Under the pieces are notes generated by a model. That model was not told where the DNA came from. It searched no databases and saw nothing but the letters and a program-made list of their open reading frames with translations. A stretch of 64,000 bases of DNA from Mobula hypostoma (taxonomy: Eukaryota), in contig NC_086097.1 of the NCBI RefSeq assembly GCF_963921235.1, positions 29,700,001-29,764,000 of the forward strand. Direction: 5' to 3'. A program made the translations under genes and the position numbers. Below are positions 12,378 to 25,400 of this stretch, piece after piece (within the stretch, counting starts at the first letter, position 1; each line of letters opens with the position of its first letter).

Positions 12378-12562
12378 GTGAGACTGACACACAGAATGGT
12401 GGGCTGTGTTTTAAGTTTTAACTGGGCTAGACTTGTATCCTTCGGAGATTCGAAGGTTGAGATGCAATGATGAAAAGATTCTGAGAAGTCTTGTGAGGAT
12501 GCATGAGGAAAGAATGGAGAGAATCTAAAACCAGGCATAAAAATAAATAAATAGATTGGTTT

Positions 12563-13545
12563 TGTCAGGAATTGTGGAAGACGCTTGACCCAAACAGAGC
12601 AGTGGGTGATCACTTTAATAATAAACTGCAAAATACAAGCCACAAGGTGCCACAAAAAAGGAGAGAACAGATACTTAACATGACATGACGAGGGTAACTG
12701 AAGGCTAGGAACAACTGGTTGAGGCTGACTGGTTCGATGGGTGAATAAAAGACCGTGGATGAGAGCTGGGTTTAAATAGGCTGCAGGTGATGTGTGGAAA
12801 CGAGTGTCAGGTGACTGTTAGCTGGGTGGAGATTGGGTGGTGCCTGCCTGTGTAGGCTTGACAGAACACCACCCCCCCACCCCACATCTGGCAGGACGAT
12901 CCAGATGGGTCTCATGGAACTCCTCGATGAGCGATGGATCCAAAATGAAATTGGATGGCACCCGAGACCTCTCCTCCGGGCTGTACCCTTCCTAGTCAAC
13001 CTGGTACCATACACCACACCCACACCGATGTGGATCAATCAACCAGCGAACCGTGTACACTGGACCACCCTCCACCATCCTGGTTCCGGAGGTGCAGGCT
13101 CAGGTGGTCTGAGTGGTCCATGGACAACAGGCTCCAGACAGGACTCTTGGAAGGTAGGTGTGATCCTGAGGGACAGTGGCAGATGGAAACAGGAAGTGAC
13201 TGGGTGATACGATGGGTAATCTTAAAAGAACAAATAAATCAATGTGAGAGCTTGAGGGAGTTGATGCACAGGAGTAGATCTCGGGTGGACAGCTAAACAC
13301 GAACCCCAGGCCAGAGAAGTCTATCTGAATGCTACTCATAGTTAGCCTGGCAGCATTCCACATGGTTGGCAGCCAGGATAGCCCTTTGTACCCTCTTGCA
13401 AGCATTCTGGCATCGGCAAACCAGGGCCCTGGTGGATGGGACCTCCACCATTGGCTCCTCCTTGGGAATGATGGTGGTTGGTAGCCAAGAAGCACTTTGA
13501 TGAAATCCAAAAGGTCATGGTGTCCATTTCACAGGCAAGGGACTT
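12563..13545 (-). mobile_element. Chromoviral Gypsy fragment: 3' LTR (12563-12863), polypurine tract and integrase/chromodomain tail
   Basis: LTR bounded by TGTCA...TGACA. The C-rich run at 12864-12885 is the reverse complement of a PPT. The minus frame has a chromodomain-like [30 protein letters not shown]. Confidence 0.8.
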
Positions 13546-13771
13546 AAAACATTGAACATTACAGCGCAGCACAGGCCTTTCGGCCCACAATGTTGTACTG
13601 ACCTCTTAACTAACTTCATGGTCAATCTACCCCTCCCTTTCCACCTAGCCCTCCATTTTTCAATCATCCATGTGCCTATCTAAGAGTCCCTAATATATCT
13701 GCCTTTACCCAAACTCTGGCTAAACGTTTCAGACATACGTCATTCCCTGTGTAAAATATGACCACAAAATC

Positions 13772-16378
13772 ATAAGACATAGGGGCAGAATTAGGCCATT
13801 TGGCCCATCGAGTCTGCTCTACAATCTCACCATGGCTGATCCAACTTTCCTCTTAGCCCCAATCTCCTGCCTTCTCTCCATATCCCCTCATGTCCTGACC
13901 AATCAAGAATCTACTAACCTCTGCCTTAAATATACATAAAGAATTCCACAGATTCATCGCTCTTTGGCTAAAGCAATTCCTCCTCATCATTCTAACGGGA
14001 CACCCCTCTATTCTGAGGCTGTGTCTTCTGGTCTTAGACTCTCCCATTCCAGGAAACATCCTCTCTATATCCATTATATCAAGACCTTTCATCATTCGAT
14101 AGGTTTCAATGAGGTCAGCCCTCATTCTTCTGAATTCTAGTGAAAACAAACCCAGAGCCATCCAACACTCTTCGTATGAGCCATTCAATCCTGGAATCAT
14201 TTTTGTGAATCTCCCTCTTTTGAACCCTCTCCAGTTTCAGCACATCCTTCCTAAGAAACGGGGCCCAAAACTGCTCATAATACTCCAAGTGGGGTCTTGC
14301 AAGTGCTTAATAAAGTTTCAACATTGTATCCTTTCTTTTATACTCTAGTCCTCGTGAAATGAATGCTAACATCGCATTTGTCTTCCTCACCACGGACTCA
14401 ACCAACAAATTAACCTTTAAGAAATCCTGTACAAGGTCTCGCAAGTCCTCTTGTACCTTATGTTTTTTGTATTTTCTCTCCATTGAGAAAACCGTCAACC
14501 TTTTCATTTCTTCTACCAAAGTGCATGACCATATGTTTCCTGACATTGTATTCCATCTGCCATTTCTTTGTCCATTTTCCTAATCTGTCTAAGTCCTTCT
14601 GCAGCCTCTGTACTTTGTCAAAACTACCAGCCCCTCCACCTATCCTCATATTGTCTGCAAACTTTGATACAAAGCCATCAATTCCATCATCCAAATCATT
14701 GACATATAATGTAAAAAGAATCGGTCTCGATACAGACCCCTATGGAACAGTACTAGTCACCGGCAGCCAAGCAGAAAAAGCTCCCTTTATTCCCACTCTT
14801 TGTCTCCTGTCAATCAGCCATTGCTTTATCCATGCTCGAACCTTTCCTATAATACCATAGGCTCATAACTTGTTAAGCAGCCTCATGTCTGGCAGCTTGT
14901 CAAAGTCCTTCTGAATATCCAAGTACACAATATCAACCAATTCTCATTCATCTATCCTGATTGTTATTTCTTCAAGAGATTCCAACAGATTTGTCAGGCA
15001 AGATTTTCCCTTGAGGAAACCATGCTGACTGCGGCTTATTTTATCATGTGCCTCTAAGTACACTGAGACCTCATCCTTAATAATCAACTTCAACATCTTC
15101 CCAAGCATTGAGGTCCAACTAACTGGCCTATAGTTTCCTTTCTTCTGCCTCTCTCCTTGAATAGTGGAATGACATTTGTAATTTTCCAGTCTTCCAGAAC
15201 CTTTCTAGAATCTAGTGATTCTTGAAAGATCATTACTAATACCTCCACGATCTCTTTCAAAACTCTGGGGTGCACACCATCTGGTCCAGATGGCTTATCT
15301 ACCTTCAGACCTTACAGTTTCCCAAGAACCTTCTCTCTAGTCATGGTAGCTTCCCACACTTCACAGCCCCTGACACCTGGAACTTCCACCACACTGCTAG
15401 TGTCTTCCACCATGAAGACAGATGCAAAACACTTAGCAGTTCATCCACCATTTCATTGCCCACCTTTACTACCTCTCCAACATCATTTTCCAGTGGTCCA
15501 ATAGCCACTCTCGCCTCTCTTCTACACTTTACAGTATGTATCTGAAGAAACTCTTGGTATTCATTTTAATATTATTGCCTAGCTTATTTTTGTATTTCTT
15601 GACCTTCTTAATGACTTTTTTTAGTTGCCTTCTGTTGGTTTTAAAAGTTTCATAATCCTCTAACTTCCCACTAATTTTTGTTCTATTATGTGCCCTCTCT
15701 TTGGCTTTTATGTTGGCTTAGATTTTTCTTGTTAGCCATGGTTGTACCATCTTCCCTTTATAATACTTCTTCCCCTTTGGGATGTATATATCCTGTGCCT
15801 TCCGAATTGCTTCCAGAAATTCCAGCCATTGTTGTTCTGCCATCATCCCTGCCGGTGTTCTTTTCCAATCAATTCTGGCCAACTCCTCTCTTAAGCCTCT
15901 GGAATTCCCTTTACTCCACCATAATACTGATATACCTGACTTTAGCTTCACCTTTTCAGATTTCAGGGTGAATTTGATCATAATATGATCACTTACCCCT
16001 AAGGGTTCTTTTACCTTAAGCTCTCTAATCAATTTTGGCTCATTGCACAACACCCAATCCAGAATAGCTGATCCTCTGATGGGCTCAAGCACAAGCTGCT
16101 CTAAAAAGTCAACTCTTAAGCACTCTAGAAGTACCTCCTCCTGGAATCCAACACCAACCTGATTTTCCCAGTCAACCTGCATATTTAAGTCCTCCATGAC
16201 TATTGTAGCATTGCCCTTTAGGCATACATCTTCTATCTCCTGCAGGCCACATCCTTACTACTGTTTGGGGCCTGTACTCAACTCCCATCTGTGTCTTTTT
16301 ACCTTTGCAGTTCCTTGGTTCTATCCACAATAATTCAACTACTTCCAACCCTATGTTACCTCTTTCTAATGTTTTGAA
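13772..16378 (-). mobile_element. CR1-type LINE, degraded (endonuclease and RT)
   Basis: Fragments FLEQLVLEPIRGSAILDWVL, PLGVSDH, MHPRVLKEI, FVSKFADN and RRMRADLIETY. Confidence 0.9.
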
Positions 16379-16836
16379 AGAGCAACAGAGGAACAAAATT
16401 CTTAACCCTGAACTTTCCTAAACTTTCCTCCACTCATCTTAAGCAGATGTCCTCTGGTATTGGCCATTGTAGCCATGGGAAAAGATGTCTCTGGCTGTCC
16501 ACTGCATCTATGCTTCTTATCTTGTACTGCTCTATCAAGTCACCTCTCACCCTCCTTCACTCCAAAGACAAAAACCCTAGGTCGCTCAACATTTCCTTAT
16601 CAGACATGCTCTCCAATCCATCAACATCCTGGTAAATCTCCTCTGCACCCTTTCTAAGGTTTCCACATCCTTTCTATAATTGTCAAAAGGTATCTCCCCC
16701 ACCCCAATGCTGCTCGACTGACTAAGTTCCTCCATCAGACAGTTTGTGGCTCCAGACTCCAACACCTGCTGTTGCTTGTGTCTCTTACCACTCCAGAGTC
16801 TGATTGCAAGGCCTGATCATCTCTTGTATTTTACAG

Positions 16837-16944
16837 TGGGAATTCCATTAGAACCAGAACCTCTCTACACTCCATCTGGGTTGGAGGAAACATCAACCTG
16901 CACAGATGCTGAGGAAGGTGAAGTGGTTTACATCACTAATAAAG
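16837..16944 (+). CDS. AGBL3: AGBL3/CCP3-like exon c
   Basis: ttttacag|TG...AAAG|gtacag; (V)GIPLEPEPLYTPSGLEETSTCTDAEEGEVVYITNK, similar to AGBL3 PEPVYIPTGLE...EATVVY. 108 nt, phase 1-1. Confidence 0.88.
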
Positions 16945-17074
16945 GTACAGAAAGAGTCGACATGTTCTCTGGTCAGTTCTAATTGGAAGACATGCTCAAG
17001 TGAAAGATTATGTATACCTATAATATAGAATAGTAAATGTCCTTTGACCCTCAATGTTCTGCCAACCTTTTAGA

Positions 17075-18322
17075 CCATAAGATAGAGGAGCAAAATTAGG
17101 CCATTTGGCCCATCGCATCTCCTCTGCTATTACATCTTGGCTGATCAATTTTCCTTTGAATCTCCTGCCTTCTCCCTGTATCCCTTCATGTCCTAACCAA
17201 TCAAGAATCTTTCAACCTCTACCTTAAATATATATAGAATTGGCTTCCACAGCTGCCTGTGGCAAAGAATTCCAAAGAATCACCATTCTCTGGCTAAAGA
17301 AATTCTTCTTCATCTCCGTTCTAAAAGGAAGCCCCTCTATTCTAAGGCTCTGTCCTCAGCTCTTAGACTCTCCCACAAAAGGAGGCACCCTCTCTATATC
17401 CACTCTATCACAGTCTTTCACCATTCACTAGATTTTAATGAAGTCACCCCTCATTCTTCTGAATGCTAGTGAAAACAGGCCCAGAATCATCAAATGCTCT
17501 TCATAGGACAAGCCATTCAATCCTGGAACCATTTTCATGAACCTCCTTTGAACCCTCTGCAGTTTCAGCATATTCTTTCTAAGGGGCCCAAAACTGCTCA
17601 CAATACTCCAAGTGAGGCCTCACCAGTGTTTTATAAATTCTCAATATTACATCCTTGCTTTTATATTCTAATCCTCATGAAATGAATGCTAACATTGCAT
17701 TTGCCTTCCACACTACTGACTCAGCCTACAAATTAATCTTTAGGCAGTCCTGCACAAGGACTTCCAAATCCCTTTGCACCACAGTTTTTTGTATTTTCTC
17801 TCCATTGAGATAACTGTCAACCCTTGCATTTCTTCCACCAAAGTGCATGGCCCTACATTTCGTGACACTGTATTCCATCTGCTATTTCTTTGCCCACTCT
17901 CCTAATCTGTCTAAGTCCTCTGTAACCTCTCTGCTTCGTCAAAACTATCTGCCCCTCCACCTATCTTTGTATCGTCTGCAAACTTTGCAACAAAGCCATC
18001 AATTCCGTCATCCAAATCACTGACATATAATGTAAAAAAGAATCAATCCCAACACAGAACCCTGTGGAGCACCAATAGTCACCAGCAGCCAACCAGAAAA
18101 GTCTCCCTTTATTCCCACTCTTTGCCTCCTGCCAGTCAGCCTCTGCTTTACCCACGCTAGAATCTTTCCTGTAATACCCTGGGCTCATAGTTTGTTAAGC
18201 AGCCTCATGTGTGGCACCTTGTCAAAGGCCTTTTGAAAATCGAAGTACACAGCATCAACCGATTCTCCTTTGTCTATCCTGCTTGTTATTTCTTCAAAGA
18301 ATTCCAGCAGGTTTGTCTGGCA
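17075..18322 (-). mobile_element. CR1-type LINE 3' fragment
   Basis: Colinear with the 7175 and 13772 copies (ccataagataGAggagcaaaattaggccatt ... ggcaccttgtcaaaggcc). Confidence 0.85.
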
Positions 18323-19052
18323 GGATGTTCCTACTCCAAAATCAATCTACCCCATCCTTCCCACTTTGCCCTCCAGTTTTCTATCATCCATGTGCCTGTC
18401 CAAGAGTCTCTTAAGTGTTATTGTCCCTAATGTATCTCCCTCCACGACCGACACTGGCTGCACGTTTTACACACACATTACTCTCTGTGGAAAAAAAACC
18501 TACCCCTGACTTTCTTCTATACTTCTGACTTTCTTCCAACCAGCTTAAAGTTATGCTCCTTTGTGTTAGCCATTTCCACCTGGGGAAAGTCTCTGGCATA
18601 GTTCACTCGATCTATGCCTCTTCTCATCTTATACAGCTCTATCAAGTCACCTGTCATCCTCCTTTGGAAGGTCTAGGTTATGTGGAGGAATTGAATAGGC
18701 TGGCCTTGATATCCCTGGAATTGAAGGAGGCTGGTGGGGGAGGGAGTGACCTGATATTGTAATGCTGTAGAGCATTAGCTGTAAGATCAGGATTCGATTT
18801 ACGCCATTGCTTATAAGGGGCTTGTATGTTCTCTCTGTGACTGTGTAGGTTTCCTCCGAGTACTCGTGTTTCCTACCACATTCAAAACACATCCAGGTTA
18901 GGGTTAATGAGTTGTGGGCATGCTCTGTTGACTGGAAATGTGGCGACACTTGTCGGCTGCCCACACCACATGCTTCGACTGTGTTGGTAGTTGACTCAAA
19001 TGATCCATTTCACTGCATGCTTCGATGTTTTGACAAATAAAGCTAATCTTTA

Positions 19053-19542
19053 AGGTTCACCAGATTGATTCCTGGGATGGCAGGACTTTCATATGATGAA
19101 AGACTGGATGAACTAGGCTTATACTCGTTGAAATTTAGAAGATTGAGGGGGAATCTGATTGAAACGTATAAAATCCTAAAGGGATTGGACAGGCTAGATG
19201 CAGGAAGATTGTTCCCGATGTTGGGGAAGTCCAGAACGAGGGGTCACAGTTTGAGGATAGAGGGGAAGCCTTTTAGGACCGAGATTAGGAAAAACTTCTT
19301 CACACAGAGAGTGGTGAATCTGTGGAATTCTCTGCCACAGGAAACAGTTGAGGCCAGTTCATTGGCTATATTTAAGAGGGAGTTAGATATGGCCCTTGTG
19401 GCTAAAGGGATCAGGGGGTATGGAGGGAAGGCTGGTGCAGGGTTCTGAGTTGGATGATCAGCCATGATCATACTGAATGGCGGTGCAGGCTCGAAGGGCC
19501 AAATGGCCTACTCCTGCACCTATTTTTTAATGTTTCTATGTT
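19053..19542 (+). mobile_element. Young CR1 3' fragment
   Basis: Uninterrupted ORF MIPGMAGLSYDERLDELGLYSLKFRRLRGNLIETYKIL...FFTQRVVNLWNSLP, then 3' UTR and ATGTTTCTATGTTT tail. Confidence 0.9.
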
Positions 19543-19613
19543 TAAACTTTAACTGGAGTTTGCCTCGTGCCTCGGGAGCATCACTGACTGACTTTGGTGT
19601 GTTTGTCTCGCAG

Positions 19614-19758
19614 CCAGCTCGAAACACTTCACCTTCTCCCGTGTGGGGGGCAGTGCTCAGCCCCTGAGCCAGGCGGCCGTTAACCTCGACAAGCAGGACA
19701 ACACGCTGAGATTTGAGGCTCGCTTTGAGTGTGGAAATTTGCAGAAAGTTGTGAAAGT
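19614..19758 (+). CDS. AGBL3: AGBL3/CCP3-like exon d (start of the CCP N-domain)
   Basis: gtttgtctcgcag|CC...AAAGT|gtacgt; (A)SSKHFTFSRVGGSAQPLSQAAVNLDKQDNTLRFEARFECGNLQKVVKV, matching AGBL3 DNTLMFEARFESGNLQKVVKV. Confidence 0.93.
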
Positions 19759-19879
19759 GTACGTAAGAGTTAAACTTCAGAAATCTGGCATTAGCAACCT
19801 CTGTGTTAGCGGGCCGCCAAGAATCTGGACTTTTAGATGTGACGCCCATTAATAGCCAAACACATATTTACTGTCAACA

Positions 19880-20635
19880 TTTTCTTCTGCCTGTACACAG
19901 TACACAGTTAATGGCAGGGTCCTTAACAGCATCAGTGTCCAGAGGGATCTTGGAGTCCAAGTCCACAACTCCCTGAAAGGGGCTGCTCACGTTTACAGGG
20001 TGGCAAGAAAGGCAGATGGTGTGTTTGCCATTGTTGGCCAAAGCATTGGTTTCCAGAATCGGGAAGTTATGTTGCAGTTTTATATAATTAGTGAGGCCAC
20101 GTCTGGAGTATTGCATTCAAATTTTGTTGTCCCTTTATAGGAGAGATGTGTAGCCTTTGGAGGGGTTCAGAAGGGGTTAACCAGGATGCAGCCTGGATTA
20201 GAGGGTATGTGCTGTGAGGAGAGGTTGGATGAACTTGGGTTGTTTTCTAGGCAGCACTGGAGGCTCAGGGGAGACCTGAGAGAGGCTTATAAGATTGAGA
20301 GGTGGGGGCAGACAGCAAGTATCTTTCATCCAGGGCTGAAATGTTTAATACCAGAGTGCATTCATTTAAGGCAAGAGGGGATAAGTTCAAAGGATTTGTG
20401 TGGGGAGAGTTTTTTTTTATACGGAAAATGGTGGGTGCCTGCAACATGCTGCCAGGGATGGTGGTACAGATATGACAGAGGCATTTAAAAGACACTTCAG
20501 AACACGAATAAACAGAGAATGGAGGGATATAGACATTGTGTAGGCAGAAGGGATGAGTTTAGTTACTATTTTAATTATTTCAACATAAGATCCTTGGCTA
20601 AAGTGCCTGTTCCAGTGCTGTACTGTTCTATGTTA
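19880..20635 (+). mobile_element. CR1-type LINE 3' fragment, degraded
   Basis: EERLDELGLFSRQHWRLRGDLREAYKI; ends in ctgtactgttctatgtt. Confidence 0.8.
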
Positions 20636-21311
20636 GAGTTAAAAGCTGCAGGAAATACTCAAACATTCTGGATTCTGACTACCCACGTTCCTGACCCCTG
20701 GTGTTCTGAATTGTAACCATAGGTCCACATCCTTCCTATACTGAGGAGGTGTGTGTGACCCTATTATACTCCGTGACTATATGACTGTACAAAACTATAT
20801 GTTTTGTAACCAAAACGTAAAAAAACCTAAATGGAAGAAAAACGTAGGGGTCCGAATACGGGGCATGCGTATTTCGCGGTAGCATATACAATTCACTTAT
20901 TTTTACATATAACCCAAAATGGATTATGCAAACAACAAAGAATGTTTAATCAAACAATATATTTATAATATTACTCAAATATTACTGAAATATTAAATAC
21001 ACAACACTCCTCCCTGCTTCGCTATAAACTCCAACTCAATATAGAATGCATCTCAACTATATACACAGTATACTATATAACTACAACACAGACATCCAAT
21101 ACATAGTAAATTTTAAATTCAGGCCTAAAGATTTAATCACTGTAGAGGCTTACTTACTCTTCTGGGGTAAAGTCTTTCTTGACAAGGGGGATCACTACTA
21201 GGCAGGTGAGATTTATGGCTGTGAAAACAGTCTCAGGTTCTGGTGCCTCCTCCATGGCCGTTGTAGGAGCAGACGCCGAGCCTGTAGGAAATGGTTCTGA
21301 CTGCTCTGGAC

Positions 21312-21890
21312 ACCGTTCTTCTCCTTTTCTCGGCTTCCTTCTCTTTCTTTATCCCACTCCTTTTCTTTCTCAAGTTCCTTCTCTCTTTCTTGCTCACGTT
21401 CTTTCCCTCTATTTCCTCTCTGCTTTTCAAATCTTGTCTTTCTTTGTCTCGCCTCTCCCTTTCTTCTTTCTGGGATGTGCATCTTGATCTTTAGCTCATT
21501 GAGTATTCTCTTATTAATCCTTCTATTGCTCCCTTTATGATCTATTCTCTCCTCTTGGTTTCCTCATCCACAACATGATCTGATGAATCCTTGGTTTTTG
21601 TATCTCCAATGACTCCTTGCTCTTTGACCTTCCATTCATCCCACTGGGCTTCGGTCTTTACATCTCCTTTAACAAGCTGCTTTTTGTCTCCCTCTTGAAC
21701 CTTAATGCACACAGAGTAGATTCTGGTTCTTTATACTCACAAAAACTGAATGCTTGAATCTTTCCTGAAGCTCCTTGAACTCTCTTCCAGTTTAAAACCA
21801 GACCACATCTCGCAAGTAACTGCCTGATAAACGTATCAGAAGCTTTCACATATATATTGCCTACAAAATCTGTTGTAGTCAGACCACTGT
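21312..21890 (-). pseudogene. RBM25: Intronless RBM25 fragment (RRM plus Arg/Glu-rich region) inside the LTR element
   Basis: SGLTTTDFVGNIYVKASDTFIRQLLARCGLVLNWKRVQGASGKIQAFSFCEYKEPESTLCALR...GDKKQLVKGDVKTEAQWDEWK...DEETKRRE*IIKGAIEGLIREYS...DAHPRKKK...EREKE. Matches recalled RBM25 GPTTTVFVGNISEKASDMLIRQLLAKCGLVLSWKRVQGASGKLQAFGFCEYKEPESTLRALR. Has frameshifts and a stop. Confidence 0.92.
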
Positions 21891-22424
21891 TTTAAACCTG
21901 TTTTGGTCTGGTGTACGTGAGTTCCTGTCACAATGGTAACAGAATTTGTTTGGCCAGGTCGTTTTCTGTTTAGACATTGCAGTTTGGTTCATGCTCACTT
22001 TCATTCCTGACTGCAACTCAGTTGTGTCCCTGTCTCTGTTTCCATTGATACAACTATTTCAACTGTTCTTTTAAGTGTAAGTTATGCTTCAGTTAGGAGC
22101 TGTTTTTAAATGTTTTCCACAAACTAAGTGATCTCTCAGTGCTTCATTAAGCCCATCACTGAACTGACGATGTTCACTAATTTCTTCAATTCAGCCATGA
22201 ACACTGAAATGGACTCCCCTTCCCTTTGATTCCACTTATGAAACCTGAAGTGTTCTGCAATCAACAATGGTTTTGGTTCTAAATGTTCCTGTATTACATT
22301 CACAATATTCAGCAAAGCTCATTTCGGCTGGTTTGGTTGGAGCAGTTAATCTTCAATATGCCTTTAAACCCAATTAACTCAGCAAAAAATGGTACTTTTG
22401 CTTTAAAATATTGTTCAATTAGCT

Positions 22425-25400
22425 TGTAGGTTTTCGCAAATAAATCCAAGTGAGGTGTTTTATGTTTAATGAAGCCCGTAACACAACTTAATAAACTCCA
22501 AAACCTAAACACAAAAGCGCACAGAAAATCTTTACATAATAAAGTCATCACATCAGACCATCCTCTTAAAGTGAACCCCAACTCAATGTCAATGGTTGTG
22601 AATTTCTCCCAGTTATGTTACCCCACACAGGCCCCCCAAGCCCAGAATTCACTAAAACCAGCATCATGAGCCTGTCTGGAGCTCGGGTGAGCCACCCAGC
22701 TTGGGTCCTGTGTTCCGTGGGTGGAGGAACAGCAGTTGCCTTGGGCTCGTCCAGACCTGTGTTGACACGCTGATGGCATTGTTGTGATGCCAGGGGCATG
22801 GCAGCGGAATAGTCCAAATCTTGATGGGCTGGTTTAAGGCAATCTACTGAAATATGTTCATGTTTACCCCTCTTATCAATGGTAAAAGTCTTTTCTCTCC
22901 CTTCCAAAACATGGAATGGGGCATCGTAAGGGGGCCTCAGGGGATATTGGTGTGCATTGTGGCAGACAAAAATAGACCAGGCAGAATGCAGGTCACGGTG
23001 CTGCTGGCTGTGATGGGCGTGGGGATTGGTGAAAAGGAATTGAATTTACTGGGGAGGGTGGATCACTGTTGAGCGATCGACCAGGTGTTCATTGTGTCAA
23101 GTATGAAATCGCCTGGCACTCGTAACGACTCCCCATATACCATCTCTGCTTTTGGAGCTGTTCTGAGCCCCTGCAGGACCCATGGGAGTTGATCATGCCA
23201 ACATTCATTAGTCAGGGAAGCCCTCAGAGCAGCCTTTAAGGAGCGGTGAAACCGCTCGCGTAGGCCATTGGACTGCGGGTGATACTGAGGTTCTGGGCAA
23301 TTGCAGCCCAGAGGTCTGAAATTAATTGGGCACCATGGTCAGAGGAAATATCAGATGGTGTGCCAAACTGAACAAACCAGGTGCCGATGAGCACCCGAGC
23401 CACGTCTGTGGCCGTCATTGACGCTAGGCGGACGACCTCTGGCCACCTGGTGGTACGGTCCACCATGGCAAGAAGGTGCATGAAATTGTGGGGGGGTGGT
23501 GGATGCCCAACAAGGTCCACATGACATGGTCAAACCATCACTCAAGGACCTGAAAAGGTGCCAATGGTGCCTGAACGTGACAGCTGACACTCCACATGGG
23601 CTGCAGTCCAATCACGCACGTCCTTTCTCAGGCCATGCCAAACAAACTTTAGTGCAATCAGTTTCTGAGAGGCCTTCTGGTCCAGATGCAAGAGGCCATG
23701 TACGGAGTCGAAAACAGTCTGTTTCCAGTATGTGGACACGATGGGGTGAGGTCGACCAGTTGAGACATCACACAGGAGAGAAACCACAGCTTCCCCAAAC
23801 TTAACGTCAGCCAACCGCAGGCTCGTGACTGCTGTTCGGTAAGCCTGGACCTCTGGTCGGTAGCTTTAATACTTTATACTTTATTGTCGCCAAACAATTG
23901 GTACTAGAAAGTATAATCAACACAACAATATTTGATTCTGCGCTTCACACTCCCTGCATTACAAATATTAACTATTAAAAATATTAAAAATAGTTAAAAT
24001 TAGTAAATATTTAAAATTTAAATGATAAATCATAAATAGAAAATAGAAAAATGGGAAGTAAGGTAGTGCAAAAAAACCGAGAGGCAGGTCCAGATATTTG
24101 GAGGGTATGGCCCAGATCTGGGTCGGGATCCATTCAGCAGTCTTATCACAGTTGGAAAGAAGCTGTTCCCAAATCTGGCTGTACGAGTCTTCAAGCTCCT
24201 GAGCCTTCTCCCGGAGGGAAGAGGGACGAAAAGTGTGTTGGCTGGGTGGGTCGTGTCCTTGGTTATCCTGGCAGCACTGCTCTGATAGTGTACGGTGTAA
24301 AGTGAGTCCACGGATGGCTGCCAATCCAGCATAGCCAACCCCTATGTGTACAGCCTCAATGGCGGCTGTGAGAGGCAATCACCACCACATTATTTTTCCC
24401 CTTAATGTGTTGTATAGCCGTTGTGAACTTGGATATGTAGGCCAGGTGGTGTTGCTGCTGTGCAGACCAGGTGTCTGATATTTTGGCCATTGTGTGCATG
24501 AGAGGTTTGTGGTTAACTGATGCTGTGAAATGGCGATCTTCTAGAAGAAAATGAAAATGGCAAACGAAAATAGAGACTGAGATGCTCATGGTCAAATGTG
24601 CTGTACTTCCTTTTGGGGGGATGGAGCTGCCAGCTGACGGAGGTGAGGGGCTGCAACACACCTGACAAACTGTTCATACACAGCACCCACACCATAGTCT
24701 GAGACATCAGTAGTAATGGCTATGGGTATACAGTAGGGTCATGTTAGAAGGAGCTTGTTCAAGATCGTCAAATGCCCTGGCATTGTCCTCTGACCAGTCA
24801 TGCACGTGATTAGGGCTATTGCCTTTAAATGCACTCTACAGGGAAAGCCTGTTAAGCAGCTCGCGGAATGAAGCAGTGATAGGAATTTACCATGCCTATA
24901 AACTCTTGTAAATTTTTGGAGAGCAGGGCATTGGGAAATCCATAAAAGTGACTACTTATGATGGGAGGGGTTTTGCACCTTTTGCGGAGATGTGATGGCG
25001 CTCAAAAAGTGAGCAGAGATGAGATACGTGTTTAGATTTGGACACACTAGCAACAAGTATGTCATCCAGGTTCACAAAAGAAAATCTAAGTCTTTTAATA
25101 CAGAGTCCATTGGCTGTTGAAAAGTCTGGGCTGCGTTTTTCAGCCCAAACAGCATGCGCAGAAACTTAAGGCCAAACTGGGTTATCACAGCCATTTGGGG
25201 ACATTCCCTAAGCACACAGGCCCCTGATGGTAGCCCCTTACTAGACTGACTTCAGAAAAAATTAACTTTCTGGCTAAACACCGAAGTCTTGGATATGTGG
25301 GAGTGGGTGATGATCAGGGGTGGTGGCCTCGTTAAGGCACCGACAATCACCACATGGGCGGCAATCATCAAAGGACCCAAAGTCTTTGACATCCACAAGC

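Noticed and set aside
19759..19768. Alternative donor GTAAGA at 19763
   Set aside because: It gives phase 0, which is incompatible with the phase-2 start of the next exon.
21312..21890. Functional nested RBM25 gene
   Set aside because: Partial, with internal deletions, frameshifts and a stop, and embedded between LTR-element sequences.
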